DNA of 64,000 bases from an uncultured Verrucomicrobiae bacterium. GTDB taxonomy: Bacteria; Verrucomicrobiota; Verrucomicrobiia; Palsa-1439. Positions 29,442 to 39,541 of the stretch are shown here, piece by piece (position 1 is the stretch's first letter; every line of letters begins with the position of its first letter). Made by a program: the position numbers and the translations under genes. Under the pieces are notes generated by a model that worked only from the letters and a program-made list of their open reading frames with translations, was not told where the DNA came from and did no database searches. The DNA lies in contig CAWEWF010000008.1 in the NCBI GenBank assembly GCA_963812605.1, positions 160,001 through 224,000 on the forward strand. The letters run 5' to 3'.

Positions 29442-30556
29442 ACTTAAAAAAACAGTTGGCATTCACCATGGCGGCGGCGCTGATTGCGGTCAGCGCCGCC
29501 GCCGGGCCATTTCCCGACTATAACCAGGGGATTCTGTCCAACGACGCGCGCATTGTCGGCTGGGCCACCGGCTGGCAGGATTTCATCCAACCCGATCCGG
29601 CCAGTGGCGGGTTCGCCCACAATAACAGCAACCAAATCGACTCGATTGACCAGGCCATCCTGGGCGCGCCGACCGACTTCACGCTGAATGGCACCACGAA
29701 GCATGTATTGTCTCTAGGTCACGGCGCTTCCATTACGCTGACGTTTGGTCGCGCCGTACCCCGGCAGGGCAACTGGAGTTTTGCCGTGTTTAACAATGCG
29801 TTTCTGTCTACAGCCCCCGGTCTTGATGGCCGCGGGGGGGGTACCAATTACGTATATAACGGGCTCGGCACCAATCTGGTCTCCGTCGCCCGCGGCGATA
29901 ACTTCGTATGGTGCAAGCCGGCATTTGTGGACGTTTCTTCGGATGCGACCAATTGGGCGCGTTTCCCCGTGACCTATTGGAACACAGACGTTCTGTTTCA
30001 GGCATCTGTACCCGATACGCCCGATCACTGGCTCAGTCAGGATGTGACCATGATCGACGGTCTGGCCGGAAAAGTTATCTTGCAGTACGGAACACCCTTT
30101 TCGTTGTCCACGCTGACCAATTCTTCCCCGGTGATCAGCGGCTCCGTTAACCTGGACAATATTCGTTACATCCGCCTGACCGACGTGATTGGGGACGGCA
30201 GCACCACGGACCAGTATGGGAACGTAATCCGCTCGCCATATTATGATGGCACGCAATTACCCGCACTCGTTGCCGCACCCGATTCGAGCACGGATGGCTT
30301 TTGCTTGCGAGGCGTGGCCATTCTCGAAACTCCCGCGCCGACGATCAGCGGAACAGCGATGTCGCAAACCGGTTTCCTGATCAACGTCAGTGGACTATTC
30401 AGCGGCCAGACTTATTGCGTGCAGACTACCACCAATTTGGCGGTCGCCTCCTGGACGAATGAAACAAACTTCGCGGCCAGTGGCAATTCCGCCACCTTGA
30501 CCAACGACCCTGGGAACACCCCAAAGAAGTTTTACCGAATTGGGCAAATGCCGTGA
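29438..30556 (+). CDS. Secreted BtuH-like cell-surface protein with Verrucomicrobia-type C-terminal Ig-like/FYR domain
   Basis: TTGA overlap with the upstream stop; [41 protein letters not shown] and [13 protein letters not shown] motifs; tail YCVQTTTNL...W...KKFYRI. The BtuH relationship is an inference. Confidence 0.65.
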   Translation: MNLKKQLAFTMAAALIAVSAAAGPFPDYNQGILSNDARIVGWATGWQDFIQPDPASGGFAHNNSNQIDSIDQAILGAPTDFTLNGTTKHVLSLGHGASITLTFGRAVPRQGNWSFAVFNNAFLSTAPGLDGRGGGTNYVYNGLGTNLVSVARGDNFVWCKPAFVDVSSDATNWARFPVTYWNTDVLFQASVPDTPDHWLSQDVTMIDGLAGKVILQYGTPFSLSTLTNSSPVISGSVNLDNIRYIRLTDVIGDGSTTDQYGNVIRSPYYDGTQLPALVAAPDSSTDGFCLRGVAILETPAPTISGTAMSQTGFLINVSGLFSGQTYCVQTTTNLAVASWTNETNFAASGNSATLTNDPGNTPKKFYRIGQMP

Positions 30557-31392
30557 TTGGCAAGCGTACATCGACTGTTCCTGTGCCGTCGCAATCGCGC
30601 TCGTTGCGGGAGGGGACCGGCTTCACTCTCATCGAGTTGCTTGTGGTACTCGCAATCATTGGTTTGCTAACGGCGCTATTGCTGCCCACCTTGTCACAAA
30701 CGCGCGAGAGTGGTCGCCAGGCGGCTTGCCTCAGCAATCTGCGGCAACTGTACCTGGCCAACCTCACCTATGCCACGGAGTGCGGTTACTACGCCCCGGC
30801 CGCGCCGGATATTTGGGGCAATAACCTGATTCGGTGGTATGGTTCGCGCCCGGCCGCGGGAGTCCCGTTTGACTCGCGCGGCGGTCCGCTGTCTCCGTAC
30901 CTGGGCGGGAGCAAAGGCGTGCGCGCTTGTCCTTCGATGGTGAAGTGGAATTTTCTGATGACGGGAGACAATGCCTTCGAAGCGGGTTGCGGCGGCTATG
31001 GCTACAACTATCTCGGCGTGGGCTCGCAGAGTTATTCCATGGGCTATACGGAAGCTGCCGGCCTGTCGGGCATGCATCCGGAGGACATCAGCCGCCCAAC
31101 GACAACCGTCATGTTTTGCGACACCGCCTTTTCCCAATTCAGCGGCGGCCAAACCTACTTGATCGAGTATTCCTTTGCGGAGCCCGACAAATTCCTCAGC
31201 GCCGCGGGTGTGATGTACGGCCAACCGACTCCGTCCATCCACTTCCGACACCGCCAGCGCGCGAACATTGTCTGGTGCGACGGCCATGCTACAGCCGAAC
31301 CCCTGACGCGCTCCGACTCCAGTCTTTCAGAGAAACTCATGGTGGGTTGGTTCGGGAATGAAATTAGCAACTACTATTTCGCCCCTTTTTAA
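30553..31392 (+). CDS. Prepilin-type N-methylation domain protein, DUF1559 / H-X9-DG-CTERM
   Basis: G^[22 protein letters not shown] cleavage motif, ACLSNLRQL, and [12 protein letters not shown]; GTGA overlap. Confidence 0.9.
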   Translation: MIGKRTSTVPVPSQSRSLREGTGFTLIELLVVLAIIGLLTALLLPTLSQTRESGRQAACLSNLRQLYLANLTYATECGYYAPAAPDIWGNNLIRWYGSRPAAGVPFDSRGGPLSPYLGGSKGVRACPSMVKWNFLMTGDNAFEAGCGGYGYNYLGVGSQSYSMGYTEAAGLSGMHPEDISRPTTTVMFCDTAFSQFSGGQTYLIEYSFAEPDKFLSAAGVMYGQPTPSIHFRHRQRANIVWCDGHATAEPLTRSDSSLSEKLMVGWFGNEISNYYFAPF

Positions 31393-31458
31393 ATCACGAC
31401 CCATGGCCATCTTTAAGGAGAATGGAAGGCTGTTCCGGCAAGTTTACCGACTACCGTA

Positions 31459-32839
31459 CTAGGCGCCAATTCGCTCTCGGATCCGTCCCGCGATTTCGTC
31501 GGCGAATGATTTGATCTGGTCGCCGTCGGGGCCTTCGATGAGGAGGCGCGCTTTGGGTTCGGTGCCGGAATAGCGGAGCAGAACGCGACCCTGGCCGCCA
31601 AGCTTGGCCTCGACTTCTTTGACGAGCCGCGTAACGTCGGGCAGCGTGTCCCAGGCGGGTTTGTCTTTTACCCGCACATTGACGACGATCTGCGGGAACT
31701 TCGTACAGACCTGGCGCAATTCACTCAGCGTCTTGCCGGTGTCCATCATGATGCGCAGGACTTGCAGCGCGCTGACGATCGCCGTCGCCTGTCGTGGTGA
31801 AATCGCGGAAAATCATGTGACCGGATTGCTCGCCGCCGACGTTCAGGTCGTCCTGCAGCATCTTTTCGATGACGTAACGGTCACCGACCTGTGTTCGCAC
31901 AACCTTCCCGCCTGCCTCGCGAATCGCGTGGTCGAGCCCGAGGTTGCTCATTACGGTGGCCACAAGCGTGTTTTTCTTGAGCGCCCCGCGCGCGAGCCAG
32001 TCCAACGCCGTGATCGCCAGCACGTCATCGCCGTCGACGAGATTGCCAGCTTCATCGCACAACTGGACACGGTCACCATCCCCGTCGTGCGAGAGGCCGA
32101 TATCGGCGCCGTGCTGGCTTACCGCGCGGCAAATCACGTCTGGATACGTGCTGCCGCATTCCTTGTTGATATTCGTGCCGTCGGGCGCGTCGTTCAGCAC
32201 GGTGACTTTTGCCCCCAACTCCCGCAGCACGCACGGCGTGCTCTTGTAGGTGGCGCCATTTCCCACGTCCACCACGACGCGCAAGCCCTCCAGCGTCATG
32301 CCCTTGGGAAAAGCCGCCTTCACAAACTCAACATACCGGCCGAGGGCGTCGTCAATGCGCATCGCCTTGCCGATGGCGTCGGCGGTCGGGCGGATCTTCT
32401 CGACCTCGCCGCTGAAAACCAGGTCCTCAATCTGTTTCTCGATGGCGTCATCGAGTTTGTAACCGTCATCGCGAAAAAACTTGATGCCGTTGTCCTCATA
32501 GGGATTGTGCGAGGCGGTGAGCACGATGCCCGCGTCGGCGCGCAACGAGCGTGTCGTGTACGCAACACCGGGAGTGGGCAACGGACCGATCAGCAATACG
32601 TCCACTCCCATCGAAAGGATGCCGGCGGAGATCGCGTTCTCCATCATGTAGCCGCTCAGCCGCGTGTCCTTGCCGACGACGATCTTATGGCGGCCATGCC
32701 CCTTGGCCACGGGTGTGCGGGTTTTGAAAACATGCGCCGCCGCGCGGCCCAGTTTCAGGGCTGTTTCCGAGGTGACCGGCTCGACGTTGGCCACGCCGCG
32801 CACCCCGTCCGTCCCGAACAGCTTCTTGTCATTCCCCAT
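31459..32839 (-). CDS. glmM: Phosphoglucosamine mutase (frameshift ~31785)
   Basis: [28 protein letters not shown] and RYSGTEP motifs. Confidence 0.93.
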
Positions 32840-32844
32840 AAATT

Positions 32845-33534
32845 CTACGGCCTTTGTTCTATCCCGCGCCCCGGCGCGACATCCACCGCGTGTCCCGTGC
32901 CAATCCGCACGTCCACTTCCACCCAATGCCGCTGCGCCAATCCTTCCGGAAACGCCAGCGGCGCCAATTCAACGCGCTCGCGAAAGGAAGTGCGCCGTCC
33001 GGTAACGTCGATCGGCAGCGTGGCGATACTGTTCATTCCACTCAGGAGTGTTTTCGGTCCCTTCACCTTCACGGTTTCGGGCTGCGTAATCACGCGTTCG
33101 ACGGACAAATTGGGAGGCAATTCGCCGCCAAATTGCGGCTGCACGGGCAGGTCGCGCCCAATCATCTCGTCAACCTTGACGGTCACCTCCGCCGGATCCA
33201 CTTCCGTCACCTGCACGTGCTGTGAGTGCCGCACCGAGGACGGCGAGAGCCGGACGGTGATCGGTCCTCGGCGATCGTCGCGTGTCAAATCCACTACCGC
33301 GGACAAATCCTGCCGCGAAACCTGCCGCACGTCTTCGCGTGTGCCGCGCACCGTTACGCTGACCGTCGCGGCGCTGGTCTGCAAGACAGTCACCCCCGGC
33401 TCTGCCTTGACCTCCAACGGCACGCCGTCGATCGTGCGCCAATCGCTGGTAATACGCTTCACAAAAAACCACGCGCAGGTCGCCAGGACCAACGACGCTA
33501 CCTTGAGACCGGCATTATTGGAGAGCCAGCCCAT
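32845..33534 (-). CDS. cdaR: CdaR/YbbR regulator of diadenylate cyclase
   Basis: [17 protein letters not shown] segment plus YbbR domains; lies between cdaA and glmM. Confidence 0.85.
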   Translation of the reverse strand: MGWLSNNAGLKVASLVLATCAWFFVKRITSDWRTIDGVPLEVKAEPGVTVLQTSAATVSVTVRGTREDVRQVSRQDLSAVVDLTRDDRRGPITVRLSPSSVRHSQHVQVTEVDPAEVTVKVDEMIGRDLPVQPQFGGELPPNLSVERVITQPETVKVKGPKTLLSGMNSIATLPIDVTGRRTSFRERVELAPLAFPEGLAQRHWVEVDVRIGTGHAVDVAPGRGIEQRP

Positions 33535-34469
33535 TAGCGCCGAGCCTCTTTGCGTCGCTCCTGACTATGCTCCCCTTCCGTGTCAGCGTCGTGGCCCTCG
33601 AACCCCTCGACTTTGTCGTCAATTCCTTCCTCGGTTCCCGAGGGCGTCTCACGGACCGCCAGGCTGCCGAATACACGCCGTCCCAGTTCCGCCAGCCAAT
33701 TGCTGCGACGCGGGACGGATGTCAACGTCGTTGTCAGGAACGCCCGCAAGCCGTCGGGATCCAGTCCCTGCACCAAATGGCCGCGATGCGCGACGGAGAT
33801 TTCGCCCGTCTCTTCGCTTACCACCACCACGACGGCATCCGAGTCCTCGGTCAATCCCAGCGCCGCCCGGTGGCGCATCCCCGTGCTGGCGCTCAATCCC
33901 TGTCGTTGCGTCAGCGGAAATACGCAGGCCGCCGCGACGATCTGGTCGCCCCGCAATACCACGCCACCGTCGTGCAGGGGCGTGTTCGGGAAGAAAATCG
34001 TCGTCAGCAACTCGGGGGTGGCCTTCGCGCCAATGGGCACGCCGGTTTCAGACACGCCGCGGAAACCAATTTCGCGTTCGACCGCCATCAAGCCGCCGCA
34101 ACGTTTCTGCGACAGCGAACGAGCGGTCTCCACCAGCACATCGATCATCTCGCCGCGTTGCTTCGGGCTCGAGAACAATTGGCGGCTGCCGACCTCCGCC
34201 AGGGCCCGCCGCCACTCGGGTTGGAAGATGACCAACACGGCAATGGCCAGGAAGGTGAAGAAGCGGCCGAGGATCCAGCTGATGACATCCAATTGAAAGA
34301 GCTGCGTCAGTCCCACAATGACGAGCAGGACAATGACAAAGCCGGTAAGCACCGCCGCCCCGCGGGTCCCGCGGAACAGCAAAAACATGTAGTAAATAAA
34401 CGCTGCCAGCAGCGCGATCTCGAAGACCGGCTTCCAATAGGCGGCGATGAATTCCAGGACAATTTCCAT
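33534..34469 (-). CDS. cdaA: Diadenylate cyclase
   Basis: Three TM segments, VIFQPEWRRAL, PLHDGG, GMRHRAALG and VSEETG motifs. Confidence 0.93.
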   Translation of the reverse strand: MEIVLEFIAAYWKPVFEIALLAAFIYYMFLLFRGTRGAAVLTGFVIVLLVIVGLTQLFQLDVISWILGRFFTFLAIAVLVIFQPEWRRALAEVGSRQLFSSPKQRGEMIDVLVETARSLSQKRCGGLMAVEREIGFRGVSETGVPIGAKATPELLTTIFFPNTPLHDGGVVLRGDQIVAAACVFPLTQRQGLSASTGMRHRAALGLTEDSDAVVVVVSEETGEISVAHRGHLVQGLDPDGLRAFLTTTLTSVPRRSNWLAELGRRVFGSLAVRETPSGTEEGIDDKVEGFEGHDADTEGEHSQERRKEARR

Positions 34470-34474
34470 GATTA

Positions 34475-35311
34475 CTATCGGGCCTGCTGTACGGCCTCTA
34501 TCATCCGCACCACGTCGGACATCTCGGCCACATCGTGCACACGCAAGATGCGTGCCCCGTGCGCGACGGCCCAGGCGACGGTGGCGGCTGTTCCCCAAAG
34601 CCGCCCGTCCGCCTCGCGCGCCGTCCGCGATCCGGACGGGGCGAGCACCTTGTTAATGAATGACTTGCGGGACGTGCCCACCAAGAGCGGACAGCCCAGC
34701 GAGCTGAATACGTCCAAGCGTGCCAGCAACCGCAAGTTGTCTTCAACAGTTTTGCCGAAGCCGATACCGGGGTCAACGGCGATTTGCGTTTTTTTTAGCC
34801 CCCGCGCCTCCGCAAACGCGATTCGCTCCGCCAAAAACGAGCTTACTTCCCCAACCACGTCATCGTAATGGGGCCTTTGTTGCATCGTTTGGGGTGTGCC
34901 TTGCATATGCATTAACACCGTGCCGGCGCCAGCGTCTCGCACAACATCCACCATTTGCGGGTCGAACCGCAGCGCGCTAATATCATTTACGATGCGCGCA
35001 CCCGCCGCGAGAGCCCGTTCCGCAACCGCGCTTTTTGTTGTGTCCACGGAAACGACCAAATCCCGCAACTGTTCGACCACCGGCAGGACGCGCCGCAATT
35101 CCTCCTCCGCGCCGACGGGTTCCGCACCCGGCCGCGAGCTTTCCCCGCCAACATCAATGATGTCCGCCCCCGCTTGTGCCATTTTGCGCGCGTGCTCAAG
35201 GGCGCGATCAACGTCCAGAAACTTTCCGCCGTCAGAAAATGAATCGGGGGTCACGTTCAACACGCCCATGATAAGCGCGCGCGATGTGTCCCAGTGAAAC
35301 GTCGTTGCCAT
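34475..35311 (-). CDS. folP: Dihydropteroate synthase
   Basis: MGVLNVTPDSFSDGG, DPGIGFGK, SRKSF and RVHDV motifs. Confidence 0.95.
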   Translation of the reverse strand: MATTFHWDTSRALIMGVLNVTPDSFSDGGKFLDVDRALEHARKMAQAGADIIDVGGESSRPGAEPVGAEEELRRVLPVVEQLRDLVVSVDTTKSAVAERALAAGARIVNDISALRFDPQMVDVVRDAGAGTVLMHMQGTPQTMQQRPHYDDVVGEVSSFLAERIAFAEARGLKKTQIAVDPGIGFGKTVEDNLRLLARLDVFSSLGCPLLVGTSRKSFINKVLAPSGSRTAREADGRLWGTAATVAWAVAHGARILRVHDVAEMSDVVRMIEAVQQAR

Positions 35312-35394
35312 AAGCCTAGTTTACGCCAGCTGGGACATACATACACTGGAAAAACCTTGCCGAGCCGAGGCGTCTTGCTAACTTTGGAGAGTAT

Positions 35395-36396
35395 ATGGCG
35401 CTTCCCAACCCGTTCCGAGCCCTGATCCTTGAAAATCCCGATGGGGCCATCCGTGCTGGCGTCAAGGAACTCCCGATCGGCTCCCTGCCCGCTGGAGACG
35501 TTCTCGTTTCGGTTGCGTACTCGAGCCTGAATTACAAGGACGCGCTCGCGGTCACCAATCGCGGCAAGATCGTGCGCCGCTTCCCGATGGTACCGGGCAT
35601 CGATTTGTCTGGCGTCGTGGCGGAGTCAACGTCGGGCTCGTTCAAAACCGGTGATCCGGTCGTACTCACCGGCTGGGGCGTGGGCGAGGAACATTGGGGT
35701 GGGTTCGGGCAACTGGCACGCGTGAAGTCGGGCTGGCTTTTGCCCCTGCCTCAGGGATTGACATTGAAACAGGCCATGCAGATTGGCACCGCCGGTCTGA
35801 CGGCGATGTTTTGCGTGATGGCGCTGGAGGAACACGGCGTGCGACCCGACAAAGGCGAGATCGTGGTCACGGGCGCGACCGGCGGCGTGGGCTGCATCGC
35901 CGTGCTGTTGCTGGGGAAACTCGGTTACAAAATCGTAGCCTCCACCGGCAAAGCTGATGCGCACGAGTTCCTGAAGTCTCTCGGCGCCCACGAAGTGATC
36001 GATCGCAATAAGTTGGCGGCGCGGAGTGACAAACCGCTGGAGCGAGGGCGCTGGGCGGGCGCTGTGGACTCGGTTGGCGGGGAAACGCTTGCCACGCTGC
36101 TGCGACAGATGGAACGCGAGGGCTGCGTGACATCCGTCGGCCTGGCCGGTGGCGCCGAGCTTCGCACGACCGTCTATCCGTTCATCCTGCGAGCGGTGAG
36201 CCTCGTCGGCATTTCGTCCGTGTACATGGCGACGGAACGACGGCGCGCGGCATGGACACGGCTGGCAGGTGAACTGCCGATGGAAACGCTGGATCGATTG
36301 ACCCAGATAACGCGATTGGCCGATGTGCCCGCGCTGGCCGAGCAGATGATCGAAGGGAAAATTCGCGGACGCGCGGTGATCGATGTAAACGCGTAG
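35395..36396 (+). CDS. yhdH: YhdH/AcuI-family MDR oxidoreductase (acryloyl-CoA reductase-like)
   Basis: YSSLNYKDALA, PMVPGIDL, IGTAGLTAM, VTGATGGVG and PFILRAV motifs. Confidence 0.85.
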   Translation: MALPNPFRALILENPDGAIRAGVKELPIGSLPAGDVLVSVAYSSLNYKDALAVTNRGKIVRRFPMVPGIDLSGVVAESTSGSFKTGDPVVLTGWGVGEEHWGGFGQLARVKSGWLLPLPQGLTLKQAMQIGTAGLTAMFCVMALEEHGVRPDKGEIVVTGATGGVGCIAVLLLGKLGYKIVASTGKADAHEFLKSLGAHEVIDRNKLAARSDKPLERGRWAGAVDSVGGETLATLLRQMEREGCVTSVGLAGGAELRTTVYPFILRAVSLVGISSVYMATERRRAAWTRLAGELPMETLDRLTQITRLADVPALAEQMIEGKIRGRAVIDVNA

Positions 36397-36413
36397 AACC
36401 GGCCGCGGACCGA

Positions 36414-38447
36414 TCAGGCATTTGCCGGTGACGGACCAATACCGGGCGCGGGGAAAGGTTCGGGCTTTGTCTCTCCCTTGGCCTTCTCAGCCTGGGGCGC
36501 CGCCGGGACCGACGAGGAAAGTCCCGGAGGACGGGTCGGCGGATTCTGCAGCTTGCCGGTGTCGATGATTTCCGTGATCTCCGCCGCATCGAGTGTTTCG
36601 TACTCGAGCAAGGCTTCCGCCAACGCGATGAGCTTGTCCTTGTTGGTAACCAGAATCTCCTTGGCGCGGGAATAAGCCTCGTCAATGATCCGACGCACTT
36701 CTCCATCGATGTCGCGCGCGGTTTGCTCGCTGACCTCGCGGCCCTTGAAAAGGTCGCGACCCAGGAACATGTGCTCTTCGTGTTCGCTGACGTTGACCAT
36801 GCCGATTTTCTCGCTCATGCCCCATTCCGTGACCATCTTGCGAGCAATGTGCGTCGCCTGTTTGATATCACCCGAGGCTCCGCTTGTAGAATCACCGAAC
36901 GCCAGTTCCTCCGCAATGCGACCGCCCATGATCCCCGCGACTTCGTCGAGCAACTGCTTCTTGCTTTCGTGGTACTTGTCCTTGACCGGCAAGGAGAACG
37001 TGGCCCCCAGGTACATGCCGCGTGGAATGATGGTGACTTTGTGCAATGGCTCGGTGAAATCGAGTTTGAACATCACCAGGGCATGGCCCGCTTCGTGATA
37101 GGCAGTGACCTTCTTGTCCTTCTCGTCCATCACGCGGCTGCGGCGCTCGCGGCCCCAGCGCACCTTGTCGCGGGCCTCTTCGAGCTCTTCCATCCCGACG
37201 CCCTTCTTGTCGTTGCGGGCAGCCAGCAGCGCGGCCTCGTTGATCAGGTTGGCAAGGTCAGCACCGGAAAAACCGGGCGTCCCCCGGGCGATGACGGTGA
37301 AGTCAACGTCCTTCGAGAGTTTCACGGCGCGGGCATGGACTTTCAAAATCTCTTCGCGACCCACGAGATCCGGCATATCGATGACGATCTGGCGGTCGAA
37401 ACGGCCGGGGCGCAACAACGCCGAGTCCAGCACGTCGGGCCGGTTCGTGGCGGCAATGATAATGACGCCTTCCTGCGTGTCGAAACCGTCCATCTCGACG
37501 AGCAACGCGTTGAGCGTCTGCTCGCGTTCATCGTGGCCGCCGCCGATGCCGCTGAAGCGCGAACGACCGACCGCGTCGATTTCGTCAATGAAAATGAGGC
37601 AGGGCGCGTTCTTCTTGCCCTGTTCGAACATGTCGCGCACGCGGCTCGCGCCGACGCCGACGAACATTTCCACGAAGTCCGAGCCGCTGATGCTGAAGAA
37701 CGGCACATCGGCTTCGCCCGCGATGGCCTTTGCCAGCAGCGTCTTGCCCGTTCCCGGCGGGCCAACCATCAAGACGCCCTTCGGAATGCGACCACCGAGC
37801 CGCTGGAATTTCTTGGGGTCTTTGAGGAATTGAATGATCTCCTCGACCTCTTCCTTGGCTTCCGCCATACCGGCGACTTCCTTGAACGTGACTTTGTTCT
37901 TGTCGCGGTTGAGCATGCGGGCCCGCGATTTGCCGAAACTCATCGCCCCTTTGCCGGCCAGCTTGATCTGACGAATGAAAACAAAATAGATGACCGCAAA
38001 AATCAAAATCACCGGCAATAATCCCGAGGTGATCAACGCCATCCACCACTGGTTCGCCTCGGTGTACTCGAGCGAAATATTGTGCGCCTTGAAAAACTTG
38101 CGAATGTCGTCGCTGTATTTGACCTTGGCGGCAAAACCGACGCTCTTGGTTTCAACGCCGTTCTTGGCCGGCACTTCATAAACCCCTTTGATGGTGTCCA
38201 GGGAACCTACGCCGGCAACGACTGTGGCCTTCTTGACCACGCCATCCTCAACCTTCTGTTCCAGTTGCCCGTAAGTGAGGTCCTCGACGCTGTCCTGCTG
38301 GGATTGGCGCAATTTCCAGAACAACGGCACCATGATCAGGACGACCACCCAAATGAGGATCACCCGCATCGGGAATCGCGGATCGCGACTGTCGCCCGGC
38401 CGCTTCAATCGGGGCAACCGTCCCTTTTTATTGTCGTTGTCTTCCAT
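36414..38447 (-). CDS. ftsH: ATP-dependent zinc metalloprotease FtsH
   Basis: Two TM segments, [22 protein letters not shown] and HEAGH motifs. Confidence 0.97.
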   Translation of the reverse strand: MEDNDNKKGRLPRLKRPGDSRDPRFPMRVILIWVVVLIMVPLFWKLRQSQQDSVEDLTYGQLEQKVEDGVVKKATVVAGVGSLDTIKGVYEVPAKNGVETKSVGFAAKVKYSDDIRKFFKAHNISLEYTEANQWWMALITSGLLPVILIFAVIYFVFIRQIKLAGKGAMSFGKSRARMLNRDKNKVTFKEVAGMAEAKEEVEEIIQFLKDPKKFQRLGGRIPKGVLMVGPPGTGKTLLAKAIAGEADVPFFSISGSDFVEMFVGVGASRVRDMFEQGKKNAPCLIFIDEIDAVGRSRFSGIGGGHDEREQTLNALLVEMDGFDTQEGVIIIAATNRPDVLDSALLRPGRFDRQIVIDMPDLVGREEILKVHARAVKLSKDVDFTVIARGTPGFSGADLANLINEAALLAARNDKKGVGMEELEEARDKVRWGRERRSRVMDEKDKKVTAYHEAGHALVMFKLDFTEPLHKVTIIPRGMYLGATFSLPVKDKYHESKKQLLDEVAGIMGGRIAEELAFGDSTSGASGDIKQATHIARKMVTEWGMSEKIGMVNVSEHEEHMFLGRDLFKGREVSEQTARDIDGEVRRIIDEAYSRAKEILVTNKDKLIALAEALLEYETLDAAEITEIIDTGKLQNPPTRPPGLSSSVPAAPQAEKAKGETKPEPFPAPGIGPSPANA

Positions 38448-38591
38448 TGTAATAAGTCCTGCCTAATCTACTTCACCGGGGGCCATTGTGCCACGGCAAA
38501 AAAACTTGCGGCAACCTAGCACACGCCCCCGGGCAATGCAACAGGATAGGTTTGCGCGAACGCAGCGTCCTGCTATGATGTGGGATCGCGC

Positions 38592-39476
38592 ATGGTTATT
38601 TTTCATTCCCCCCGGTGCCTCGATTATGCGGCGGCCGGCCATCCCGAAAGCCCGCAGCGCGTCCGCTCCGCTGTCGCCCAACTCCAGAAGGGCTTTCACA
38701 CCTGGATGACCCCCACGCCCTGCGCCGACGAGGACATTCTGCGTGTCCATACCCGCGAACTGCTCAGAGCCGTGGCGCTGGGCGCATTTGAAGATGCGGA
38801 CACACCCGCGTTCCCGGAGATCTTCGATCTGGCGAAGCTCTCGGCCGGTGCCGCCATCGGCGCCGCTGAGCAGCGCGCTCGCCGGCCAACCCGCCTTTTC
38901 GCTCATGCGTCCACCTGGCCATCACGCGGAACGCAACCGCGTGATGGGCTTCTGCTATCTCAACAACATCGCGATTGCCGTCGCGCACGCGCTTGGTTCC
39001 CCTTCTCCCGTCCAGCGTGTCGCGATTCTGGATTTCGACTGTCATCATGGAAATGGCACAGAAGATATTTTCCGGGGCGACGAAAGAGTGTTGTTTGTCT
39101 CGCTGCACCAATCCCCATGCTATCCGGGCACGGGCCTCACGACGCAGGACAATTGCCTCAACTATCCACTGCCGCCGGGCACCCGGCCCGGGCAATTTTT
39201 GGCGGCTTTGGACGACGGCCTCGAGCCGCATCCGTGATTTCCAGCCGGGCTTGCTCGCGGTCTCGGCGGGATTCGATGCCTACAAGGGTGATCCGATCAC
39301 CAACATGGATTTGGAGATCGAAACCTTTTATGAAATTGGTCGCCGCGTCGCGGATGTTACGGAACGCGCACCGAGTGCGCCGGCGGTGCCCTGTTTTGCT
39401 GTACTCGAAGGCGGATACTCCCGCGAATTCGCGCGAGTGCGTAGAGGCCTTCGTAAACGGCTGGGAGCAACGCTGA
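38592..39476 (+). CDS. Histone deacetylase-family protein (two frameshifts)
   Basis: HPESPQR; RPPGHHA, GFCYLNN and DFDCHHGNGT (frame 38743..); SAGFDA and LEGGY (frame 38975..). Confidence 0.85.
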   Translation: MVIFHSPRCLDYAAAGHPESPQRVRSAVAQLQKGFHTWMTPTPCADEDILRVHTRELLRAVALGAFEDADTPAFPEIFDLAKLSAGAAIGAAEQRARRPTRLFAHASTWPSRGTQPRDGLLLSQQHRDCRRARAWFPFSRPACRDSGFRLSSWKWHRRYFPGRRKSVVCLAAPIPMLSGHGPHDAGQLPQLSTAAGHPARAIFGGFGRRPRAASVISSRACSRSRRDSMPTRVIRSPTWIWRSKPFMKLVAASRMLRNAHRVRRRCPVLLYSKADTPANSRECVEAFVNGWEQR

Positions 39477-39541
39477 GATTCCGTCTCGACGCCGTCGAAT
39501 CCGCTGTGCGAAAATACCGTTGCCCTGCGATCAAGTTGACA

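Noticed and set aside
31700-31800. Frameshifts in glmM, and likewise in the cytochrome, glcF, TPR-CPBP, TPR, HDAC and grpE, as pseudogenes or programmed frameshifting
   Set aside because: Scattered 1-nt indels, often compensating and including normally essential genes, with no shared slippery motif; best explained by sequencing or assembly error.
31604-34231. Long antisense ORFs (875 aa here; also 12608..14620, 36723..38021, 45026..46489, 47943..49244, 61335..62546)
   Set aside because: Shadows of well-supported genes on the opposite strand in high-GC DNA; no motifs.
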